Positions 20,517-30,550 are shown, counted from the stretch's first letter. The stretch: DNA of 64,000 bases from Vulcanimicrobiota bacterium (GCA_963777315.1 CAVZQC010000001.1:32001-96000), one strand, 5' to 3'. Made by a program: numbers and translations. The notes: generated from the sequence alone by a model not told the origin.

Positions 20517-22159
20517 TCGATGCCTTTCGCATCGGCCGTTTCGATCGCGATGTCGTAGCCGGCATCGGCGTGCCGCACGACGCCCATGCCGCAATCCGTG
20601 GTCAGCACGCACTCCAGCCGTTCGCGCGCGTCGTCGGTCCCGTCGGCAACTACGACCATGCCGGCGTGCAGACTGTAACCGATGCCGACGCCGCCGCCGT
20701 GATGCACTGAAACCCAATGCGCGCCGGCGGCGGTATTGAGCAGCGCGTTGAGGATCGGCCAGTCCGCGATGGCGTCGCTTCCGTCTTTCATCGCCTCGGT
20801 CTCCCGGTACGGCGAGGCGACGCTGCCGGTATCGAGATGATCGCGGCCGATGACGATCGGCGCCTGCAATTCGCCGCTGCGTACCAGTTCGTTAAAGCGC
20901 AATCCCGCTTTGGCGCGGTCGCCGTAGCCCAGCCAGCAGATGCGCGCGGGCAACCCTTGAAACGACACGCGCTCTTGCGCGAGCCTGATCCAGCGGCACA
21001 GCCGTTCGTCGTGCGCAAATAGCTCGAGCAGTTCTTTGTCGCAGCGCGCGATGTCCGACGGATCGCCCGAGAGCGCGGCAAAACGAAACGGGCCGCTGCC
21101 TTTGCAAAAGAGCGGCCGAATAAACGCGGGAACGAAACCGGGAAAATCGAACGCACGCGCCACGCCGGCGCGCTGCGCCTGAGCGCGAATGTTGTTTCCG
21201 TAGTCGAAAACCACCGCGCCGGCATCCAAAAAGTCGAGCATTGCCGCAACGTGCTTTGCCACGGTCGCCAAACCACGCCGCTCGTATTCCTGCGGGTCGC
21301 TCTGCCGAAGACGCGCGGCTTGCTCCAGCGACAAATCCATCGGTACGTAGCCGTCTATCATGTCGTGCGCGGAAGTTTGGTCCGTCACGGCGTCGGGACG
21401 CAAACCCAGCTCGTACAGCGCCGGAAATTCCACGCCGGCGTTGCCTTCGTATCCGACCGACAACGCCTGCCCGTCGCGCCTTGCGCGTTCGGCCAAATCG
21501 AGCGCCTCCGGGCGAGAAGCCGCCACGACGTCGAGATAGCGCAGTTCGCACCGGCGCTGCAGGCGGGCGGGATCGACGTCGACGACCAGCGCCACGCCAT
21601 GGTTCATCGTGATTGCCAGCGGCTGCGCGCCGCCCATACCTCCGATGCCTGCGGTCAAGCACAGCCGGCCCTTGAGCGATCCACCGAAGTGCGCGCGCGC
21701 CAGTTCGGCAAATGTCTCGTACGTGCCCTGTACGATGCCTTGCGTGCCGATGTATATCCACGAGCCCGCAGTCATTTGACCGTACATCGTGAGCCCTTGC
21801 GCCTCCAGCTCGCGAAACGTCTTCCAGTCGGCCCATTTGGGGACGAGATTCGAATTCGCAATCAGCACCCGGGGCGCGCGCGCGTGCGTCTTCCACACGG
21901 CCACCGGCTTGCCGCTCTGCACGATCAGCGTCTCGTCACTGCCCAAACGTCTGAGGGTGCGAACGATCGCGTCGAATGCGCCCCACGAGCGCGCGGCTCG
22001 CCCGTTGCCCCCGTACACCACGAGATCGTCCGGACGCTCTGCGACCTGCGGATCCAGATTGTTCATCAGCATGCGCAATGCAGCTTCCTGGGGCCAGCCG
22101 CGGCATGAAATCTCGGTTCCGCGCGGAGCGCGCACGCACGGGCGTGCCGCCGTGCTCAC
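20504..22159 (-). CDS. hutU: Urocanate hydratase
   Basis: [52 protein letters not shown] overlap with hutH. Confidence 0.97.
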   Translation of the reverse strand: MSTAARPCVRAPRGTEISCRGWPQEAALRMLMNNLDPQVAERPDDLVVYGGNGRAARSWGAFDAIVRTLRRLGSDETLIVQSGKPVAVWKTHARAPRVLIANSNLVPKWADWKTFRELEAQGLTMYGQMTAGSWIYIGTQGIVQGTYETFAELARAHFGGSLKGRLCLTAGIGGMGGAQPLAITMNHGVALVVDVDPARLQRRCELRYLDVVAASRPEALDLAERARRDGQALSVGYEGNAGVEFPALYELGLRPDAVTDQTSAHDMIDGYVPMDLSLEQAARLRQSDPQEYERRGLATVAKHVAAMLDFLDAGAVVFDYGNNIRAQAQRAGVARAFDFPGFVPAFIRPLFCKGSGPFRFAALSGDPSDIARCDKELLELFAHDERLCRWIRLAQERVSFQGLPARICWLGYGDRAKAGLRFNELVRSGELQAPIVIGRDHLDTGSVASPYRETEAMKDGSDAIADWPILNALLNTAAGAHWVSVHHGGGVGIGYSLHAGMVVVADGTDDARERLECVLTTDCGMGVVRHADAGYDIAIETADAKGIDWRL

Positions 22160-23703
22160 ACCAGCGCCTCGTCGATACTGCGTTCGGCGGCGTGCACCAT
22201 TGCGCCGGTCGCAATGAGTTCGCGCGCCGCGCTGATGTCGGCGCTCGACGATCGATCGTCGGTCCAGGGCGCGATGCGTTCGCGCGCGCAATCGTACGCC
22301 GCCTGCGTTCCCGTTCCCGAACGCAGTGGACGGCGAAAATCGGTGGCGACCAGCGCCCCGAGCAGCTCGCACGCGAGCGAGCCTTCAACGTTTTGCAGCA
22401 CGCGATCCAAGTTCACCGCCGCGGTCAGCCCCATGCTCACGTGATCTTCCTGGCCGGCGGAGGTCGGAATCGAGTCGACGCTGTTCGGCCACGCCAAGCC
22501 TTTGTTTTCCGATACCATCGCTGCCGACGTGTACTGGACGATCATCAGCCCGGATTGCAGCCCCGAACGCCCCGTCAAAAACAATGGCAAACCACGCTCT
22601 TCGGCGTTGAGCAGCAGATACAGCCGCCGTTCGCTGATGCCGGCCAACTCGGCCAGCGACATCTTGAGCAAATCGCACGCGAGCGCGATCGGCTGCCCGT
22701 GAAAATTTCCGCCGGTCAGAAATACGCCGTCTTCGGGAAACACCAGCGGATTGTCCGTAACGGATATCGCTTCGATTTCGATTACGCCCCGAGCGTGCGA
22801 TGCCGCGTCGCGGACCGCGCCGTGCACCACCGGAATGCAGCGGTACGAGTACGGATCCTGAACGCGGCCGCACTCGCGATGCGATTCGACGATCTGCGAT
22901 CCGTGCAGCAGCGCGCGAAGATTGTCCGCGACCCGGGACTGGCCGGGATGCGGGCGTAAATCGTTGATGCGCCGGTCGAACACCCGATCGGTTCCGAGAA
23001 ACGCCTCGAGCGACATCGCGCCGATGATGTCGGCAGCTGCCAGCAGCCGCTCCGCGCGCAGCAAGCACAGCGCCGCGATGCCGGTCATCACTTCGGTCCC
23101 GTTGACCAGGGCCAAGCCCTCTTTTGCGCCCAGCGTAATCGGCGTCAGGCCCGCGAGTTGCAGCGCCCGCGCGCTGCTCATGCGCTCGCCGCGATAGAAC
23201 GCTTCCCCCTCGCCGATCAACGTGAGCGTCATGTGCGCCAAGGGCGCCAGATCGCCGCTGGCGCCGACCGAACCCTGGCGCGGCACCAGCGGCGTTACGC
23301 CGCGATTGAGCAGTTCGGTCAGCAAATCCAGCGTGCTTTCGCGAATACCCGAATGGCCCGCAGCCAGCGAGCTCACCCGCAGCACTCCGGCGGCGCGTAC
23401 GAACTCACGCGGCAGCGGTTCGCCCGTTCCGGCCGCGTGGCTGCGCACCAGATTCAGCTGCAGCTGGGCGGCGTCTTTGGGATCTATCCGCACGTTCGCC
23501 AAGCGGCCGAATCCCGTCGTGATGCCGTATATCGCATCTCCCATGCCGAACTTCTCTTCGACCAGGCGCCGCGCGGCCGCCACGCGAGCACGCGCGGATT
23601 CCGTGACGCGGACGACCGCTCCATCTTCGGCGATCGCTCGAATCGCCTCGAGGGGCAGGTGCCGGCCGTCCAGGTCGACCGCCGGCAGCGCAGTTGCCGT
23701 CAT
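22156..23703 (-). CDS. hutH: Histidine ammonia-lyase
   Basis: [21 protein letters not shown] (MIO), [30 protein letters not shown]. Confidence 0.96.
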   Translation of the reverse strand: MTATALPAVDLDGRHLPLEAIRAIAEDGAVVRVTESARARVAAARRLVEEKFGMGDAIYGITTGFGRLANVRIDPKDAAQLQLNLVRSHAAGTGEPLPREFVRAAGVLRVSSLAAGHSGIRESTLDLLTELLNRGVTPLVPRQGSVGASGDLAPLAHMTLTLIGEGEAFYRGERMSSARALQLAGLTPITLGAKEGLALVNGTEVMTGIAALCLLRAERLLAAADIIGAMSLEAFLGTDRVFDRRINDLRPHPGQSRVADNLRALLHGSQIVESHRECGRVQDPYSYRCIPVVHGAVRDAASHARGVIEIEAISVTDNPLVFPEDGVFLTGGNFHGQPIALACDLLKMSLAELAGISERRLYLLLNAEERGLPLFLTGRSGLQSGLMIVQYTSAAMVSENKGLAWPNSVDSIPTSAGQEDHVSMGLTAAVNLDRVLQNVEGSLACELLGALVATDFRRPLRSGTGTQAAYDCARERIAPWTDDRSSSADISAARELIATGAMVHAAERSIDEALV

Positions 23704-23737
23704 GCGTTCGTACTTCCGGCCAAGGCGTTTGCAGCCT

Positions 23738-24260
23738 TCAGAGCGAGCTCCAGTCGGCGCGCCGCGGCCTCGCGTACGGCGGTCCGCTCTGAATGACGAT
23801 CTCTTCGTGGTCGCGCAGCGGAATAGCACGCGGGTCGCGCGTCCACGCAGTGCCGTTGACCGTCGCGCGCAGCGCACGCCCGGCGCGAGCACGCACGCCG
23901 TCGGCCTGCCGATGGTTGAGTTCGCGGTCCCAAATGTCAAAGAACTGCCCGAGCGTAAACGTACGGTTCACCGGCGCTTCGATGTGAATGATTCCGTCGT
24001 CGTCGTGCGTGTGCACCCAGTATAAACAGCCGGCGCCGGCGGGTATGCCGACTTGAGCGGGAATATGGATCGCGCGTCCACGGTCGAACAGACTGAAGAT
24101 GCGTATGCACGTGCACCACCGCGCCTTCCGAGACGTCGCACCGGATGCCGTCGATGGCCAGGCCGGCCAGCATGTTCTGGGCGACGGCCGGCAGCGGCGC
24201 CGCGTTCGCAAGCAATGGTGCCGCCATGCACAGCGCAACGGCGGTTCGCAAATTCAACAT
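23738..24260 (-). CDS. Exported His-motif hypothetical protein; apparent +1 frameshift near 24095
   Basis: Signal peptide plus IDGIRCD...HVHTHL in one frame, continuing SLFD...CLYWVHTHDDDGIIHIEAP...TLGQFFDIW in another. Confidence 0.7.
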
Positions 24261-24270
24261 GGGACCTCGC

Positions 24271-24321
24271 GGTGGATACGGTGTGTATAACAGATAATTA
24301 TTGTGGAAACGCTGTGAGTAG
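24271..24321. promoter_or_regulatory. Cluster of four co-oriented DnaA-box-like 9-mers
   Basis: GGTGGATAC 24271, TGTGTATAA 24282 (exact match to TTWTNCACA), TGTGGAAAC 24302, TGTGAGTAG 24313; AT-rich spacer CAGATAATTAT. Confidence 0.55.
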
Positions 24322-24334
24322 CGATTGCGCCCTC

Positions 24335-24363
24335 TTGCTACGACTTTTGCGCGATGATACCAT
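24335..24363 (+). promoter_or_regulatory. Sigma70-type promoter
   Basis: TTGCTA-17 nt-TACCAT with extended -10 TG; no convincing + strand CDS downstream. Confidence 0.65.
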
Positions 24364-24368
24364 TCAAA

Positions 24369-24572
24369 AACTTCGATAAAACGAAGGGCGATGAACGTAT
24401 AGTCGCGATCGGACCATGTTGACGATGCAGTCGCAACGTCGGCGATCCGAGTGGGCCGATCGAACCGTCGAGCGGCGTCAGTAGGGCTTCTTCACCGGAG
24501 CCAAACAGGCGAAATCGATGCGTGAATACGTCGAAAGCCTCGGGCTCGTTCCGGGGCTTTCGTTTGCGTTTT
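24369..24572 (+). ncRNA. Candidate ~200-nt structured non-coding RNA, family unassigned
   Basis: Bounded by promoter and terminator; five stems found by eye, with G-U pairs that favour the + strand. Confidence 0.55.
24532..24572 (+). terminator. Intrinsic terminator, possibly also used by the convergent WYL gene
   Basis: CGAAAGCCTCGG / CCGGGGCTTTCG 12-bp stem followed by TTTGCGTTTT. Confidence 0.75.
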
Positions 24573-24580
24573 CGAACCTC

Positions 24581-25621
24581 TTATTTCGAGACCGGCAGTT
24601 CGTACTTGGCGGCGATTTGCGCGATCAGCATGCGAACGCGCGAGCGAACGTCTTCAGGCGCGATGACCTCGGCCTGCGCCCCCCATCCCAGCACCCAGCG
24701 CGCGAGTTCGTCCACGTCTGCGACGTTGTACGCGATCTCCACCGAACCGTCGGCGCGGCGTTCGACGGCGCGCTCGGCAACCACGCGCGCGGCGACGGCG
24801 GCTTTGGCGACGCGGGCCGCAAAACGAACGCGCACTTCGCTCGTTCGATCGCTGTGCAGTACGCCGCTGATCGAAGTCGAGGCGAAATCTGCGATGCTGA
24901 AGTCCGAGGGCTTGGTGTACGTTTGCCCGAGCACCGTCACGTCGGACATGCTGTCCACGGCAAACACGCGCTTGTCGCGGCGAGCGTGATCGTACGCGAC
25001 GCAATATACGCGGCCGCCGTTGACGATGAAGCCATAGGGGTCGGCATTTCGCTTGGAACGGTTGCCTTCTTTGTCCTGATACGTGAACGAGACGCAGCGC
25101 GTGCTGCGCTCGGCGGCGGAAAGCATTCCGAAGATGCGTTCCCCCTGTTCGTCCAAGGTGATCTCGCTCAGACGAAACGCGACGTTGGGGCGAGCCTGCA
25201 TGCGTTCTTTGGCGCCGCTTCCGCTCGAACCGACGATCTTTGCGGTGACTTCATCGACGTAGGTTCCGATCGCGCCGCCCAAACTCGCGCTGATGGCGCG
25301 CAGCGCCACCAAACCGAACAGTTCGCCCGAGCTCAGCTCCATACGCTTGAGGCTGTAGCCTTCGGAAAACCGGTACGTGTTCGTGCCGCGATCGAAGTAC
25401 CACGGGAAACCCGCTTCCGCCAGCACCGCCAGATACCGGCGTAGGCTTCGCGTGCTGGGACGGTGTTCGCCCTCGGAGATACGGTCTTTGAGCCGCTCGA
25501 ACGAAAAGCGCCCCTCGTCGATGGCGTTGAGAAGCCTGACGAGCAAGACGATTTTCGGCTCATTGGTACGTTCTACGGTAGGTCTCCCAAAGCTTGGAAA
25601 GTCTTGCCGTAATTGTGCCAC
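24581..25621 (-). CDS. HTH-WYL-WCX transcriptional regulator (PafBC/DriD-like architecture)
   Basis: wHTH STRSLRRYLAVLAEAGFP; WYL domain VSFTY...RNADPYGF...YCVAYD...RVFAVD; WCX ELARWVLGWGAQAEVIAPEDVR. Confidence 0.9.
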   Translation of the reverse strand: MAQLRQDFPSFGRPTVERTNEPKIVLLVRLLNAIDEGRFSFERLKDRISEGEHRPSTRSLRRYLAVLAEAGFPWYFDRGTNTYRFSEGYSLKRMELSSGELFGLVALRAISASLGGAIGTYVDEVTAKIVGSSGSGAKERMQARPNVAFRLSEITLDEQGERIFGMLSAAERSTRCVSFTYQDKEGNRSKRNADPYGFIVNGGRVYCVAYDHARRDKRVFAVDSMSDVTVLGQTYTKPSDFSIADFASTSISGVLHSDRTSEVRVRFAARVAKAAVAARVVAERAVERRADGSVEIAYNVADVDELARWVLGWGAQAEVIAPEDVRSRVRMLIAQIAAKYELPVSK

Positions 25622-25651
25622 TTGGATGGCTCGCCGGCCATCAAAGCGCTA

Positions 25652-27307
25652 TCAAAATCCGCTGCGGCCGGTGGGCTCGGGGACCGGGGAAGGCGATCCG
25701 GCCGGCACAGCCGGGGCCGGCACGGAGATCGGCTTGGGAAAACAGCCGTCGGGTGCAGACATCGGCGGTGTCGTGGGCAATGGCGGCGCCGGCGTCACGC
25801 CGACTTCGAGCGGATAATTGGAGCCGCCGTCGGTCATCGTTTGGACGACCATGCGGGACGCCGAACCTGCCGCCAGCGTTTGCGGAGGCCCGATTTGATA
25901 GGCCTGTGAAAGCCGCGCGCAGCCCAATTCGATCAGCGCTCCGTCGACCAGAAAACTGCTGCGCACGGGCCCTCCAAGGGGCCGCTCGTAGAGGTATGCG
26001 ATCGCCGGTGCCGCCGTGGGATTGCGCAGCTCGAACGTGAGCGTGCGCAGGACGCCGTACTCGCCGTAGTCATGACCCGATGAAGGCTGCGCCGCCGGCG
26101 GCGTTGCGGTTCCATACTCCAGACTTGCTTGCGGGCCGCCGACGCTGTACGAGACCACGTCGCTATCGGCGTAGCCGTTCAGATCGAACGTCCCGGTTCT
26201 GTGATGACCGTCGCCCGCAAGCCGAGGACCATCCAGGTACGCAGCTATCTGGGCATCGGATATTTCGGGCGCAACGGCTAGAACGGTCACGGCGACCGGG
26301 CCGCCGCTCAGGACGTTGATGCCGACGCTGCCGGCCGCGCCGTCTAAATGCTGCATCTCAAAGCGATCCGCGACGTAGGCCGTGCCGGGCTGCAGATCGG
26401 CTACGGCTCCTTGATTGCGCGGCTTGCGCACGAGAAAATCGCGCGAAACGTTGTGTCCCACGGTCATCACGTCGATGTTGGGACCGGCCGACGCGTCGAT
26501 GAGCTGCACGCTTGCAGGCGTCAGCGTGGCTTGGAGTACGACCAGTAAACGTCGCGGTTGCCCTACATTCTGATGATAGTAATACAGCCGCGCCGGTGCT
26601 CCGCTCGACACCTGCGCGCGGTAGAGCACGCCGTCGGCCAAAATTTTCTCGGGATCGTCGTCGTAAAACAGCAGTGCCGGAGCGAACCCGGGCACGTCGA
26701 GGTTTTGCAGGTTCACCGACACGGTCGTATCCACGTCGTAATAGAGATCGCCGCCCGCAATATGCACCCCAACCGGAACCGCCGCCGTCGCGCCGGGCGC
26801 GAACGAAGCCGGCAGCGTAAACGCCGGCGGCGTCAGGACCGCTCCGGGCTGCAGTTGAACGGCCTGCGTTACGGCTTTGGCGAGCTGCGTCTGCAGCCAG
26901 GCGGGATCGATTGGATTGCCGGTGACGCGAACCCAGACCGAGCTGGCGACGGCGCCGGCGTCGAGCGCTACGCGAATGGGCACCTGCACCGTCGCGCCCG
27001 TCGAGTCGGCGACGGTCAGGGTCGCTCTTCCCGTTTGGGCGGACGCAGTCACCGTTACGGTGCGAGCATTTTGATCGACTGCAGCCGTTACCAGCGCAGT
27101 GTCGAGCTGCGCGGAAATGCTTGCGTTTGCTCCGGTGACCGTGATGATTTGCGTTTGCGAAGGATGCAGATTGACCGCATTTGGTGCTGCTGCCAGCGGG
27201 GCTGGAGCCGGCGTGGTTGCAACCGGCGGTGACGGGGGCGCCGTGGCCTGCAGCAAGGCTGCCATGAACAATGCGGGATTCACACCAGGTAGTACTACGG
27301 CGTGCAA
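25652..27307 (-). CDS. Secreted hypothetical protein with a DUF3370-like C-terminal region (start uncertain)
   Basis: Pro/Ala-rich N-terminus, beta-rich segments, LFYDDDPE...GVLY...RLYYYHQN and GEYGV motifs. Confidence 0.6.
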   Translation of the reverse strand: MHAVVLPGVNPALFMAALLQATAPPSPPVATTPAPAPLAAAPNAVNLHPSQTQIITVTGANASISAQLDTALVTAAVDQNARTVTVTASAQTGRATLTVADSTGATVQVPIRVALDAGAVASSVWVRVTGNPIDPAWLQTQLAKAVTQAVQLQPGAVLTPPAFTLPASFAPGATAAVPVGVHIAGGDLYYDVDTTVSVNLQNLDVPGFAPALLFYDDDPEKILADGVLYRAQVSSGAPARLYYYHQNVGQPRRLLVVLQATLTPASVQLIDASAGPNIDVMTVGHNVSRDFLVRKPRNQGAVADLQPGTAYVADRFEMQHLDGAAGSVGINVLSGGPVAVTVLAVAPEISDAQIAAYLDGPRLAGDGHHRTGTFDLNGYADSDVVSYSVGGPQASLEYGTATPPAAQPSSGHDYGEYGVLRTLTFELRNPTAAPAIAYLYERPLGGPVRSSFLVDGALIELGCARLSQAYQIGPPQTLAAGSASRMVVQTMTDGGSNYPLEVGVTPAPPLPTTPPMSAPDGCFPKPISVPAPAVPAGSPSPVPEPTGRSGF

Positions 27308-27368
27308 CTATTCCCTAACGAACTGCTCCGCAGGAATATTCGGCGGCGTGGGCGGGCACGATATTCCC

Positions 27369-27614
27369 ATGAGCACCTGGCACGTTTGGGGCGATTACGT
27401 TCACACCAGGCCCGATCGCATCGGCGACGCTAAAGTCGTTGCCGGCAACGACAAAGCGGCCGAAAAGACCGCGCAAGCGAGCGGCTTCGATCTCGACAAA
27501 CGGATTCACAACGGTTTCGAACCGTGGGCGGCGACGTACGTGTCCGAAGAGGACGACGGACAGGAGTTTGCGTTCGCCAGCTATCCGATCGTCAAGGGGT
27601 GGAAGAAGCTTTAG
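27369..27614 (+). CDS. Small hypothetical protein (81 aa)
   Basis: MSTWHVWGDY...YPIVKGWKKL; protein-like composition filling the gap between two minus-strand genes. Confidence 0.6.
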   Translation: MSTWHVWGDYVHTRPDRIGDAKVVAGNDKAAEKTAQASGFDLDKRIHNGFEPWAATYVSEEDDGQEFAFASYPIVKGWKKL

Positions 27615-30528
27615 CCGAGAGAAACGGCGCTGCTTGCGCTTCCAAAGCTTTTGCGCGCTCTTCGAGCACGAAAAGAACTTGGTACTGCGACACCGTCGGC
27701 GCCGCGTCGGCTGAAGCTGCGGTCGCGCCCAGATACGACAGCTTGCCGTAGACCTGCTGAGGATAGCGCAGCGCGTCTTCGCTCTGCGTTACTTCGGGCT
27801 CGTAAATGCGATGCAGCAGGGCATCGGCTCGTGCCCCGGCGCGTCCGTTCTTGGCTTTTACTGCGTTGAGGCCGTCGATCGTCGAGGTGAGCCGGGCCAG
27901 ATCCGCCCGGACGCGCTGCAGGAAGGCCAGCTGCGCGCGCATGTCTTTCAGGCTCGCTCGAGAACGCGGGTCCGCGCGCACTTGCAGCGTACCCTCGCGC
28001 GTGATGCCGTTTTGCGTTACGCGTACGGTGTAGCTACCGGGCAACACCAGCGGACCGTTGAAGCCGCCTTCTCCCCACGGCGCGTAGTTTTTGACCGGGT
28101 GCAAATCTTCGTAACGCAGATCCCACCACACGCGGTTGATGCCTGCTGCGGGCTTTTTGACCGCGAGCGTGCGAACCGGTTGCGTTCCGTCCAGAATCTC
28201 AACGCGTACCGCGCTATCGGACGCCGCGTTTGTGACGTAGAAGTTGACGTCCGCGCCGTAGGTGGGATTCTCGCCGCCCCATGCCGAGGCGTTGAATCGG
28301 CCGATCCTATAGCGATAAGCCGGACGCAGCGTAAAGAGGTGCAGCGGTTGCTCGCCAACGCTTTGCGTGAGTTCCTGAAGCGGGTGAAGATCGTCGAGAA
28401 TCCACAGTGCGCGGCCGTGGGTTGCCACGATCAAGTCGTCGAAGCGCTTTTGCACTGTAAAGTCGTACACGGGCGCTACCGGAAGATTGGCGTTGAGCGC
28501 GATCCATCGTGCACCGTCGTCGTACGAGAGCCACAGCCCGGTTTCCGTGCCGGCGTACAGCATGCCGCGGCGCACCGGATCGGCGCGAATCATTCGGGCG
28601 TAGGAATCCTGCGGAAGCGTTGCCGCTATCGGGGTCCAGTGCGCGCCATAGTCCGCGGTCGTATACAGATGGGGCGCGCGGTCGCCGGATTTGTGATAGT
28701 CGACGGCCATGTACGCCGTCGCGGGATCGAACGGCGATGGGTCGACGTAATCGATGCGCCCCCATGAGCCGGCGGCGTCGTGCCGCATGGCCACAGGCGC
28801 GACGTTCGTCCAATGTCTGCCGCCGTCGCGCGTGAGCCACACCAGTCCATCGTCGGTGCCCACCCACAATTCGCCCGCACGCAGCGGCGATTCAGCGATG
28901 CAGAAAATCGTGTCGTAGTATTCGACGCTGGTGTTGTCGGGCGTCAAACCCCCGGAAAACCGTTCGAAGCGTTTGTCGTTGCGCGTAAGATCCGGACTGA
29001 TCGCGCGCCAACGCACGCCGCCGTCGTCCGTGGCAAAAACTTTGTTGCCGCCCATGTACAGCCGATGCGGATGCTCGGGAGAAATCGCAAGCGGAGAGGT
29101 CCACTGAAACCGGTAGCGCAGCTGCGCTGCGGGCCATCCCATAGCGTCCTCCGGCCACACGTCGATCTCGCGCGACTGCTCGCTGCGGCGATCGAACTGC
29201 GTGAGCGCTCCCTGGTATCCGTCGCCGTAGATGAGGTTGGAATTCGCGCCGTCAAAGACGATCCAGCCGCTTTCGCCTCCTCCGGCATCGAACCAATCGT
29301 TTTCGCTGATGCCGCCGTACGCCAAACTATTGCTGGGTCCGCATGCGCTCCCGGCGTCCTGCGTTTCGGCGCAGACCGTATAGGGCGTGCGATCGTCCGT
29401 ATCGACGTGGTATGCCTGCGCGAGGGGGATCGCCGCGTTCATCCACCCGTGAGGCGCCGCCGAGGTAAACTGTGAGCCGCCGTCGTCGCCCGCAATCATG
29501 CGCTGCGAATCGCGCGGATCGATCCATAACCAGTGATAATCACCGCCGCCCGTGCCGTGCAGCACTTCCGCGCGGGCGCCCCCGTCGGTCGAAAGCCACA
29601 TCTGCACCGACATGAAGTACACGCGATCGGCGTTTTGCGGATCGACGGTGAGCGAGCTGAAGTAGAATGGGCGCTGATCGATGCCGTGACTTTTGTTCAC
29701 CAACTTCCACGACTTGCCCGAATCCTCGCTGCGCCACAGCGTGCCTTCGTTCGATTCGATGAGCGCGTACACGCGCTTGGGATTGCTGGGCGCGAAGGCG
29801 ACCGCTATCCGGCCCATCATCGTCGCAGGAAGGCCCGCTCCCCGCAGTCGCGTCCACCGGTCGCCGCCGTCCGTCGACTCGTACAAGCCGTCGTCGACGC
29901 CGCCGCTGTTCAAATGATACGGCGTGCGCCAGCCTTCCCACATGCCGGCGATAAGGTGGTTTTTATCGGCCGAGTCGATCGCGACGCTCGACGCGCCGGT
30001 GCGCGCGTTCGCGTACAGCACCCGCTGCCACGTCTTGCCGCCGTCGAGCGTTCGATAGACGCCTCGCGTAACACCCGGCTTGTAAAAATCACCTGAAACG
30101 GCGACGAACACGCGTTGTGGATCGGTGGAATCGACTGCGATGCGCGCGACCGATCCGCTCGCATCCAAACCGGCGTGCTGCCACGTTTTGCCCGCGTCGA
30201 TCGACTTCCAGATGCCGTCGCCGAATGCGACGTCGTTGCGCAGGTTCGGTTCGCCCGTACCTGCGTACACCACGTTTGCGTTCGAGGGCGCGACGGCGAT
30301 CGCTCCGATCGAACTGACCGGTTTGCCGTTGAAGATCGATTGCCACGTAGCGCCGCCGTCGCTGGATTTGAACAAACCGCCCAAGCCGCCCGCATAATAC
30401 GTCCGCGGATCTCCCGCGACGCCGCTGACGGTGTCTATCCGGCCGGAGAGCGGACCGATGTTGCGGAAGTGCAGATTTGAAAACAGCGAAGGCGATATCG
30501 CCATCAGCGCAACGGCAATAAGACGCAT
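27592..30528 (-). CDS. VPS10/BNR-repeat beta-propeller protein (glycosyl hydrolase-like)
   Basis: FRNIGP..GR start, many SxDGGxTW Asp-boxes, ISPDLTRN, ATHGR, GINRVWWDLRY, PGSYTVR. Confidence 0.85.
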   Translation of the reverse strand: MRLIAVALMAISPSLFSNLHFRNIGPLSGRIDTVSGVAGDPRTYYAGGLGGLFKSSDGGATWQSIFNGKPVSSIGAIAVAPSNANVVYAGTGEPNLRNDVAFGDGIWKSIDAGKTWQHAGLDASGSVARIAVDSTDPQRVFVAVSGDFYKPGVTRGVYRTLDGGKTWQRVLYANARTGASSVAIDSADKNHLIAGMWEGWRTPYHLNSGGVDDGLYESTDGGDRWTRLRGAGLPATMMGRIAVAFAPSNPKRVYALIESNEGTLWRSEDSGKSWKLVNKSHGIDQRPFYFSSLTVDPQNADRVYFMSVQMWLSTDGGARAEVLHGTGGGDYHWLWIDPRDSQRMIAGDDGGSQFTSAAPHGWMNAAIPLAQAYHVDTDDRTPYTVCAETQDAGSACGPSNSLAYGGISENDWFDAGGGESGWIVFDGANSNLIYGDGYQGALTQFDRRSEQSREIDVWPEDAMGWPAAQLRYRFQWTSPLAISPEHPHRLYMGGNKVFATDDGGVRWRAISPDLTRNDKRFERFSGGLTPDNTSVEYYDTIFCIAESPLRAGELWVGTDDGLVWLTRDGGRHWTNVAPVAMRHDAAGSWGRIDYVDPSPFDPATAYMAVDYHKSGDRAPHLYTTADYGAHWTPIAATLPQDSYARMIRADPVRRGMLYAGTETGLWLSYDDGARWIALNANLPVAPVYDFTVQKRFDDLIVATHGRALWILDDLHPLQELTQSVGEQPLHLFTLRPAYRYRIGRFNASAWGGENPTYGADVNFYVTNAASDSAVRVEILDGTQPVRTLAVKKPAAGINRVWWDLRYEDLHPVKNYAPWGEGGFNGPLVLPGSYTVRVTQNGITREGTLQVRADPRSRASLKDMRAQLAFLQRVRADLARLTSTIDGLNAVKAKNGRAGARADALLHRIYEPEVTQSEDALRYPQQVYGKLSYLGATAASADAAPTVSQYQVLFVLEERAKALEAQAAPFLSAKASSTP

Positions 30529-30550
30529 GCCGAAAACGTTGTAAGCAGGT

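Noticed and set aside
24369..24572. Assignment of the candidate RNA as 6S, SRP, tmRNA, RNase P or retron msr-msd
   Set aside because: No convincing end-to-end rod with central bubble, no SRP or RNase P core motif, no tRNA-like ends, and no reverse transcriptase in the window.
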